NCBI GenBank assembly: GCA_028023455.1
Contig: JAQFVV010000011.1
Span: 62,001 to 126,000 of the forward strand
Origin: Epiperipatus broadwayi
Taxonomy: Eukaryota; Animalia; Onychophora
Length of the DNA stretch: 64,000 nt
Direction of reading: 5' to 3'
Both the position numbers and the translations under genes were made by a program. Below, piece after piece: positions 54,017-64,000 of the stretch (its first letter is position 1; every line of letters begins with the position of its first letter). Below the pieces are notes generated by a model, which saw nothing but the letters and a program-made list of their open reading frames with translations, was not told the origin of the DNA and made no database searches.

Positions 54017-56290
54017 GGTATTTGTAAGTTTTCAGAAATAACAAGATGGCAGCCTGTATTTTTGATGAATATACAGTTTTGAGGGCTTACCAAAATGGCA
54101 GTTCATATTTCATTAACAATCTTCCAACGAAAAAAGAAATAAATTCTGATAAATTTCTTTAACAATATTTATTTCAATTTTGTTTTTTTACTTTCACCAT
54201 AAATGTTTACAAAATGAGAGGAGGGCCTACAGTCTCTTGAATCTGTGTTTGTTTTGTTGAATTAAAAAATAAAGTAATAAATTCTGTTAAATTTAATTGA
54301 CAATCTTTATTTCAACTTTTTTTTATTTATTTCCCACAAATGGGTTAGTTACATTTTCAAAAAATGAGTGAAAGGCCTACAATCTTTCAAAGATGTCAGT
54401 TTTTTCATGCATACAACCTCCCAAAGATGTCTTAATTACATTTACAAAAAAAATGAACCAAAAAAATAAATAATATAAATACAATATTTCCAGTTTATTC
54501 ATGTCATCAGTGTGCAATCTGTAATGGCTTCTAAAATTTCTTCAGATGTTCTGAGGGCCTACAATCTCCTGAAGACCGTAGTTGTTAAATTAAAAAAAAA
54601 AAACAATGTAAATTTAAAAAAAAAAAGAATAAATTCCAATAAATTTTGATAAATTTTATGAAGAATATTTACTTCAATTTTTTTTTACTTATATTACAAT
54701 GTGGAAATGATGAGACACTCTTAATGTTGTCATAATTTATTATTCAGTATATTTCTTTTTGGCCAGTTCTTTTTTGTAAAGTGTGATAATGATCAAAATT
54801 TGGGACCTTCCTGTCACAAAACAAGATGCAGTGAAGTACTTCCAAATATATTAAATCATACCCTCCAGAAAAGTGTGCATTGATGGTCATGATATGAAAA
54901 TAAAAAAACATCAGGGAAACATATGACAACAGCTGGATTCCTATTTAGTAGAATTACTGCAATAACAAAAAGATTCATTTCTAGTGATTTTGGAAGTCAT
55001 TAGAGATTGCACCCCACTGACATGAATAAACTGTAAATTTTGTATTTATATATTTTTTGGTTCATTTAGACCCTCCATTCATTTTTCTATAAATGTAACT
55101 AATACATCTTTGGGAGATTGTAGGCCCTCCACTCATTTTTTTTGTAAATGTAATAAACTCATTTTTGAGAAGTAAATAAAAAAACTGAAATAAATATTGT
55201 TAATGAAATGTGTAAAAATTTATTCCTTTTTTAAAAATTTAACATTAATTAACTCTTCTGTACTCTACTAACATTCTGACAGATTTCTCTGTTCTCACTA
55301 GATTCAAGCTTTCAACTTTCATTTTAATATTAAACCATTATTATTTATTCAAATATAAATTTGACCTTATTCGATATTTTTGTTTAGAAATTTAATAAAT
55401 TTTTAAAAATCACATTTAATTTTCAGAATTATTTTGAAAATTAGATTTTAATCAAAACAAAACACTGTCATACCATCAAATTTCAGATGGAACTGATTCA
55501 ATTTGCAAAATGAAAAAAATCTTAGTTTTATGTTTGTTTTAAAAATCTGAATGAATTATTTTTAATATCTCTTAAATCTATCAATTTATGCTTTAAAAGT
55601 CTAAAAAATTTTCATAATGTTTATGATATCACTAAATATTATAAGTCTGCTGAGTAACGTCATTTCTAAACCATTGTATTTCCCATGACTGCAATTTCTA
55701 TGGTAACAATATTCAGAAGAATATATTCTTTTATATTTAAAAATAAAACATTTCTATAAAAAAAAATGAATATGTAATATATTTTAGATTTCTAATAATT
55801 ATTACACAATTATTATACAAAAATAATAAACTTTCCAAAAAATCCAGTTTTTCAACCATCATAATATTTTCTCAAAGTAATCTCACAAAGTTCAAAATTG
55901 CCAATATACAATGATCAGGCATCAATGTGTGATTTCAGTTACTTTGAAATTCCTGCTTATTCGATTTTCATGACATCTTTTGAATTTTTTTGAAATTAAA
56001 ATATTAGAAAAAAAATGTTAGCAAGATCTTTCAGTTCAGAGTGAAAATGCAAATTTAATTTCTAGATTTCTCAGGCATGGGTCCATCACTTGGATAAATT
56101 GCTCGGTTAATTTTGTAAACATTTTTGGGGGAAGTAAAAAAAAATTAAAATAAATATTGTTAATGAAATTTATCAGAATTTATTCCTTTTTTAAAAAAAT
56201 TTAACATTAATTTTGTAAATGTTTTTGGTGGCTTGATTGTTAATGAAATACAGGCTGCCATCTTGGTATTTCTGAAAACTTACAAGTACA
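54017..56290 (+). mobile_element. Merlin (IS1016/ISXO2-like) DNA transposon, internally deleted, with long modular inverted arms
   Basis: TIR GGTATTTGTAAGTTTTCAGAAATAACAAGATGGCAGCCTGTATT / reverse complement ending 56290; 8-bp TSD gttaataa (54009-54016, 56291-56298); N-term remnant MIKIWDLPVTKQDAVKYFQIY*IIPSRKVCIDGHDMK from 54789. Confidence 0.75.
55251..56106. mobile_element. Unclassified ~856-bp insertion nested in the Merlin right arm
   Basis: Interrupts the module tttaacattaatt|ttgtaa with ttaatt duplicated at 55245-55250 and 56107-56112. Confidence 0.6.
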
Positions 56291-58717
56291 GTTAATAATT
56301 ATTAAACAAAATATATGACCCATTGTTTTTTGAATGCTTTAACTTTTCCCATAACAATATTTTGAAGCAAAAAAAAACAATAATAAAATAATATTCCCCA
56401 CTGGCTCACACTATTCTTTTACAATCCATTTTACAAAGTATGATGTTTTCTTCTCTTCAGGTTCAATTTCTGAGCTTAATTTCTGATCCAATAATGAATC
56501 TCTGAATGGCATTAATTGTTGAATAAAGTAATCACAATTTCAGTGTCTCCTAGTATTCTATGTTTTGTTTCCATTGTAATTATGTTTACAAAATGAACTA
56601 TTAGGTGAGAAAAGTGTATAAATTTAAGTTAATCCATTAAATCATTAACAATTAACCAGGTCCATAAAAACCTAACTGATAAAAGAAATAAATTTTGCCA
56701 TTTTCTTACTGTTTAGCCTTCAATTTTGTTCTTATGTTCCAAACTAATAATTCAATAAACAAGTTATTATTTTATCTTTTTGTAGATTAACTTTTTCTGA
56801 TACAGATTTGTTCAAAAGTCTAAATTGTTCTTTCTATATTTCTTTCCCACTTCCTCATATATCACTATTAAATTTAACATTTTTTTTATATTCTCTCATT
56901 TCAACACACCATTCTTTTTTTTTTAAAAAGGATTATTGTAAACAAAATAAAAATATAATTTTACACATTAATATTTTTTTTTAAGTAATGTTAATTAATC
57001 AGAATGATTTGTTTCTTTTATTTTAATATTTATTACCAAGATTAACCAACAATATTAACATACTTTTTTATGTAATAAAACAAATGAATAGCATTTCTGT
57101 TTGTTTATATTTATTTTGCACACCCACACTTCTCATGACCAGGTTATCCATCCATAACTAAAATAAAATTATATTTTTATGTTTTCCTTCATTATTTTTT
57201 ATTATATTAGTCTTCTCCCCTTTGCCAAACTGTCATCTTAAACTAACAGCCACAATTTATATCACATGATGACATCCAAAACTTACCCAAACATGAATCT
57301 ACAATCTACTATTGAGCAAAATCTATAATTAAAATATGGATACCACATTTCACTCTGGTGTAAGATTTTACTATAGACAAGAAAAGTGACTATAACAAAA
57401 TGATATTTCTATATTCCTAGAAGTTTAAATAAACCATATTAAACTGACAGCTATAACCTGTTTTGAAAGTATATTAATAAACAGACATTTTTAAAGCTTT
57501 CAAATCTCATTGCTATTCATTACTATTTAGATAGTAAACCTGATTTTGCACAAATCTAGGTAGTTTATAAATGTAAATGACATAATAACAATCAAAACCT
57601 ACTTGAGTCATGAATTTACCAAAATCCATAAATCAAAGATGGATACTATTTTTCACTCTGGTCTAAGATCTTATATATGCACACACACATATATAAGTTA
57701 TTCTTGACAAGAGTAATAAAATAAAAGATATATTAAGATTATATTTAATATTTTCTTCATGTATAAAGCAGTATGTCATATATCACTTTGCCTCCAAATA
57801 ATGGACTAGTCTAAATTCCATCTTATCTTGATCACATTGAGCATTCATTGCCAACTATCAATGGATATACATATAAATAACATAAACCTAATATCACCAC
57901 ACCACTAGTATTATCTTTAACTTATTACATTTTAATGATTAAGTCGTTATTGTATTTAATATTTAATTAAAACACCCAACATTGCAGATTATTGTATAAA
58001 CAAAATCGTAAAACACATAGAAGATAAGCTGGAAAGGGCAACAGACATTTGAAGTTTTTCACGTTTGCCACAACAATATATCATGAGCTTCACAGGAAGA
58101 ATTTGTTTTAGCAAGCTTGATATTGTAAATTTAAGTACCTAGAAAGATAAAATCATCAAAATATTTTTTCTATTTCTTTTTTTAAATAAATATATTTTTT
58201 TCTTTTTAATATTTAAATATAGTCCAAATATTACACCCCCACCCACCTTATCTAGCTTGAGGAAAATTTAAAAAAACACATTGAATACTATGTGCATTGA
58301 TATTACACACCTGCAGTGATCTATTACAGCATAGCAGGTTGTGTTATATCTAGACTATATAAGTTTATTTCTAATAATAGCAAATTTTCAAAACTCAATA
58401 ATCAATTTTGCACAAGACATAGTCTCTCCATACCATCAAAGAATTGATATTTAAAAGCATTTAATATTATTATTCTATGACTATTTTTTGATATCACTAT
58501 ATTGTTACCCTAAAAAAATGTTATCAAAATATCATCATCAGAATTGTAGTACTATGGTGATTTTTTTCTCAACTTTCTCCAGTTTTATCTCTTGCTAGAA
58601 TACTGAACATATCTATTTATAACTCCATAACATTCTTTAATGTTATTGACCCATATTCCATGGGGTCTTTTAATTTTGTTATTTTTGTGTATTGCTGAAA
58701 TTACAATATAATATGTT

Positions 58718-59021
58718 ATAACTGAAACACACAGGCTTATTATATACCTGTGTTTATATATGGACAGTTGATGAGTTGGAGTGTGGAATAGATTGAAGCC
58801 TGTCTATTAAAGTATGAGGATTGGCTATCTGAATATATATCTAAGCATTTATAGCATATATGTGTAAAGGTGGTAATCTGGACCAACTGATGATTGCTGG
58901 TTTAGCATGAAATACGTATATTGGTGATTATTTATCTTTTCAACATATATGTATTCAAATGTATCAGTGTTATGAGATAGTATGGAGAATGGTGGGTTGT
59001 GTGAAAGTCTGTGCTCATATA
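58718..59021 (+). mobile_element. Dispersed truncated copy of the 471-bp hammerhead repeat family with a short inverted 5' piece
   Basis: 58718-~58762 in opposite orientation, then a colinear unit. Confidence 0.85.
58882..58925 (+). ncRNA. Minimal type-I hammerhead, identical to unit 2
   Basis: ACCAA|CTGATGA|TTGCT-GGTTT-AGCAT|GAAA|TACGTAT|A|TTGGT; predicted cleavage 58920/58921. Confidence 0.8.
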
Positions 59022-60269
59022 CACATGTATCCACTCCATAAAAATTTATTTGTAATACAATTTGTTTGTTTTTTCAAATCCGGTTTATGACTTATAGAAA
59101 TAGTTTTGTTCTATCTCTAATTTTAATTTCAAAACATACAAAACTTTTTACATTGTCTAATCCATTTACATTCTAATTTCTTTTCATTTTCTCTATCTTA
59201 AACACTATTGCTTTTCTTTTGATCATTATTATATATTTAAACCTTATCTCTTTGCTTTCTCATTTAACATCTTTAATGTGGATTTGTGTTTCTTCATCTC
59301 CTTCAAAAATCAATATTATATATTATTAGCGTATCTTAAATTATTTACTCTAATTCCATGCATTATTTATTTTTTTTGCATATTTTTTGATGCTATTCTC
59401 TTTCCAGATATTTGATGAATATGCTTAGTGAATATTTCAAACTGGTTTCAAATTTTTTCACACATTTTCATTGCTGTTTTGAATTAATTTGGATATTAAA
59501 CTTCAAATATAAATGTAAAATCATTTTTACAGGTAAAATACATATTCAGGGGGGGGGGGAATCAAATAGCTTTATTGTTTAGGAATTCGTAAAAAGTTCA
59601 AGCACAGTATCAGAACTGGAATTAACCCAAGAACCTTATATTTCAGAGTCTGATAATCTATCATTATACTAAACCCCACAGAGCATACATATATAGAGAT
59701 ATGTATTCAGAAAAAAATTCTTACGGAAATTAATAGATTGAAAATAGAAAACATGTTGTTGATTCATGGAATAAAAAATGCTAAATTATATAATATATAT
59801 TTTTCTTCACATCATGTAAACAGTTATATACTAATGAAAAATATTGGCCTTTCCTTAGAACAATCATATTTGTATTATTTTTTTTTTTTAAAGTAATTAA
59901 TCCAACTTTTAAGCCAAGAAAATTGTTTTAGAAAGCATTCACCATAAAAATCCTTTTTAAAAGTATTTTTAAATAAACTTATTAAAATATTCACTTATAT
60001 ATCATGATATTAGATGAAAAAAAACATCAACTAATATCAGTATTTCTTAATATAGATATTAGAAATAATTAATGGGGCAAAGTAATAGAAAATAGAAGGA
60101 TAGTGAAGATAAAAAAAAGATATAAAGTACTTGTTAGAAAATATTAATAGAGGAAAGATGATGAAATTACAAATTTCAGTAGATTATGTATAGCTTTGGT
60201 ATCTTCAATTTACCATATCAATGTATTACTTAAAATAAATGCAGAGTCAATATTATTAAGAGTAGTAAT

Positions 60270-61090
60270 GGAATACATCTCAATATTCTTATGTCACTAA
60301 ATGTACAATTTTTGTTTTGCTATAAGTGTTTGTACAAATTGTATTTATATAAAATATTCTGATGCAAATATTTAACATTTCTGGTTCTATCTATAAATAT
60401 ACCATTATTTCAAATAGGTCAGAAATAAAAATCTAGTGATGTAAGATCTGGGCTTTTTATTTGACCATTTAAATGGATTTTGATATCCTATTTAATGTTG
60501 GAAAATTTTTTCACTTGGAGGCAATGTGTTGAAACACCATCTTTCTTGAATATATTAAGGATTCTTCATTGTAATTTAAAACACTGTTAAATGTTTTCCC
60601 CTTAAATTTATACAAGAAAGAGTATTCCTTAACATGTTCATTAAAAACAAGAAACTAAAGCTACTACGATATTTCCAAATGTCATTCTTATCATCAGTTA
60701 TATTAACTTACATTTCTTTTTTAAATTTTTATGAATGAAATATTTTGAATTTATAGTGGAGCTATGATATTCACTACATTTTGTTCCAGAATTCTCTCAT
60801 GTATGTCATACATCAGGTATAATAGCTCACATTTTGTTCATAAGCTTTGATTCTAACAAAACATGTTATTTTACTGAAATGCAAGTATATGATAATTTAA
60901 AATCTCTAAATATTTGTCTACAATGCTGTCATGTAAGTTAAACATTTTTTTGTTAAGAGGGCGTCTTTTTAAAAGAAAAAAAAAATTATTTGTTCCGTCA
61001 TTAATAAACCATAATTTTTTTATGAAGCGGTTTATGCGAAGGAAGTAATTCCTTTCTTCCATAGGCTGGGTACATTTTCCAGAAAAAAAA
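60270..61090 (-). mobile_element. Degraded Tc1/mariner transposase
   Basis: IFKKDGVSTHC (FQQDGAPAH-like) and KSPDLTSLDFYF (WPARSPDLTPLDF-like) remnants; TIRs not resolved. Confidence 0.7.
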
Positions 61091-61588
61091 AAGTTAAAGC
61101 AACCAATTAAAAAAAAACTATTACAAAGACAATGGCCTTTCTATAAATGAGTACATTTCTGGATTCTAAAAAAATATGATATTTTACAAAAGACAAATGG
61201 AATAAAACTTTTTGAAGAAAAAATGCGCAGAAAAAAATCAGTACATGTGCTTTTAACTACAGTATAGAATTGAATAAGTATAGCATTGAAATCACAAAGA
61301 AAATGTGATTACAGTACATAAATTCATGTGTGAAACATGATACTTAATGAAGGAAAAAAATAGATGCTATAATACGGTATTTACATTTAGTTTTGGTTAG
61401 CTTATAATTGAAGTCGTGCATTTTGATATCATGCCATTCATAGCTCCACAGTAATACCATGCATGCAAACAATTAAAAATAACTATTACAAAATGGGAGC
61501 CTTTCCATAGTTTGAGTACAATTCTGGTATGTATATAACACAGATGCTTTTTATTTGTATAATATTTATTTATAAATTAAGATTATAG

Positions 61589-61690
61589 TCAAGCATTGGT
61601 GGTCGAAAGGTCAGCGACACCTGTTTTACAAGCAGTTGTTCCAGGTTAGCAGGTTCGCTTCCTGGCTGATGTTTGGCACATGAGAAAAAA
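61589..61690 (+). mobile_element. tRNA-Gly-derived SINE, intermediate subfamily
   Basis: Same head and tail as the 39.2 kb copy; 15-bp TSD aaattaagattatag. Confidence 0.85.
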
Positions 61691-64000
61691 TTAAGATTAT
61701 AGGGTAAACCAAATAATAATAATAAATAATAATGTTATTAGAAATAGATTGAGGGAACATATTCATATATATATATTTACTGTGTATATTCATTCACATT
61801 TATTCAATAAATAAAATTTACTGTATCAAATCTTTACTTTTTAATAAAATAAAAACAAATAGTGACGTCATTAGATTTTTATCACTATTGAACACTGGAA
61901 AATATCCTTTTTTTTTCATTAACTTTTTTCCTCTATAGAACTGATATAGCTAGCACATGAATATGATTTCTGTACTTGTTTTGATGTTTTTTAAGTTTAT
62001 ATTAACTTCAGAATCTATACAGTTATTCCTACTTGCCATTATCTATTTTAAATTCTCAATTAAACTCCAAACTTTAAGCTTTCTGATGCAATTTAAGAAC
62101 ATTTATAATTCTTTTTTTTAACGATGCTATTAAATCGCTAGTTTTATTTTTATTGCTTGAGAAAAATTCTTTACAAATTTTCTTAAATTTTGTAAATTTT
62201 TTAGCTTTACATTTAGACAACATTTTATTATACAAAATATTGTACAACATTAAAATTTGGAAAGGATAAGAAAAAATGAATCCCCAAATGTGATTTTATG
62301 TTACATAAATAGCACCATTAATAAATGTGATTGCCTACAGCACTCCTAGAGCTGGTGCCATATCGTAAATTTTTTTTACATTTATGAATTTTAATGTTTT
62401 TATTTTTTTGTTTGTTTATATATATTGGATAGCATATAATTAAAATAGTATATATTGATGCAGCATATATCACAGTTTCATTCTATTCTTCTTTCAGATA
62501 TGTCACTATGGCCTGTAAAAATATAAAAAAGTACATTAATCATATAATGTTAGACTTATGGGTACTTATATGTTTATGCATATAAATAAATTATAATCCA
62601 CAAAAATGTATGCTTATATATTTAATATTGATTTTTGCCTTCATTTATATTTGCAATTCAAATTTGCATATGCTTGTTTATCGGCATAATAAAGTGGTTT
62701 CTTTCTTCTTTATAACCTAAAGCTGAGTGCACTTTTGGTGAAGTTCACTGTAATCATAAATTTCTTAAATTAATTATTGTTGCTGATTTACTTTTGCTGT
62801 AATGTAATTATGCATGCATTTTTATTTAAATTAATTCATTTAAATATTTGATTTATTAGATAATTGGTCATTGTTTTCTCTTTTGTTATATTTCTATATA
62901 GAGTATGATGACAGAAAAAGAAAAGTCAAGAATGTATGGTTTATTGCCAACCATAGAAATAATAAGGTTGAACATCATCTTAACTTATTAAGTAGTTTGT
63001 CATTAAATTATTGCTTTATCCAGAAGTTGAAGATTAAATTAAACATAAAAAAAAGATTGATACCCATCAATTAATTGGATGGCTAGTCAAGTTGGTGATT
63101 TAGCCTTTATGGCAATCTTTTCTGGAGGCAATAGTTTTTCTTTTTGATTTTTATGTTTCAGTGAATTAAAAGAATTAATTTTATGTCTAAATTCATTTCA
63201 TCCTTTTTTATGCTTACACAAGCTGTTAAAACAGTAGCAAACTTTCCACACAATAGTGCTACCTAGTAGAAGCCCCAGTAATCAATAGATGGTAATGGTT
63301 GTTGCATTATAATATTTATCCAATATCCTAAGGCTAATTTTTAGATTATGGCTTTTGTTAGTGAGTTGTCTTGATTTCAGAAGCTGTATAGTTGGATTTA
63401 ATGATGTGTTTTAGTGGTTTAATACTAATCCTATACAAAAAATAATGGTAACTATGGTTATTAAAAACCAAAAACATCATAATATGTAGACACTGAACTG
63501 AATCAGATCTGCATGGGAATACAAGAAAATACATTTGGATTGGCAACACTGTGTTTTTAATTTGCACTGATAATTTTATAGTTACCCAAAAAGATAACTG
63601 GTGGGTGCTAGCGGAAAGAGTACATTAGATCCAAATATCCAGGTGTATGGTTCCTGAATCTAAGACTCCTCACTGATGGAAAGTATAAGCTAGAAATTAG
63701 TATGGGAATATTGGATAGAAAGACACTGGATAGGGATTGAATGTACAATCTTTTACAATCTACTGATTACTAGAGCTTGCGCTAGGTGGCAGTATTGGAA
63801 AAAATTGTTGTTTTAATGAGACTAGTGTCAAAAGTCACATTCTGTATTCCTTGTCTTTGTACTATTTGCCTTGAAAGTATATTAAAGACCATAGTGATAT
63901 TATTAAAAAACAGGTAATTGCATTTGAATGAACTGAAGTCAGAATAAAAATATTTGCTGATTGTTAACTCTCTCATATTAGTCACTAAATAGATATTCTT

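Noticed and set aside
59600-59678. Decayed tRNA-like sequence on the minus strand
   Set aside because: A and B boxes are both degenerate and no cloverleaf or TSD is supportable

Overview
AT-rich animal genomic DNA, probably an invertebrate with CpG methylation, made almost entirely of decayed mobile elements. No host protein-coding gene could be identified with confidence. Recognisable elements: Penelope-like elements (PLEs) of at least two families (four GIY-YIG remnants, one with RT and an inverted terminal copy), RTE, L2/CR1-type and Tx1/L1-type LINE fragments, a probable Gypsy gag remnant, hAT (Charlie-type MITE, Charlie-type deletion derivative, a degraded transposase), a Merlin element with an 8-bp TSD, a Tc1/mariner remnant, and six copies of a tRNA-Gly(TCC)-derived SINE. 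The most striking signal is a dense set of minimal type-I hammerhead ribozyme motifs. (1) A 471-bp tandem and inverted repeat at 33.0-34.5 kb has one hammerhead per unit and looks like a non-autonomous retrozyme; four dispersed, progressively older relatives occur in the window. (2) Three diverged PLE copies carry, at the same position after the endonuclease, a hammerhead whose core is A3:U8 instead of C3:G8. (3) A fold-back at 0.5-0.85 kb reconstructs a hammerhead with a U3:A8 core. All analysis was done by eye; coordinates of degraded elements are approximate and no ribozyme activity is demonstrated.
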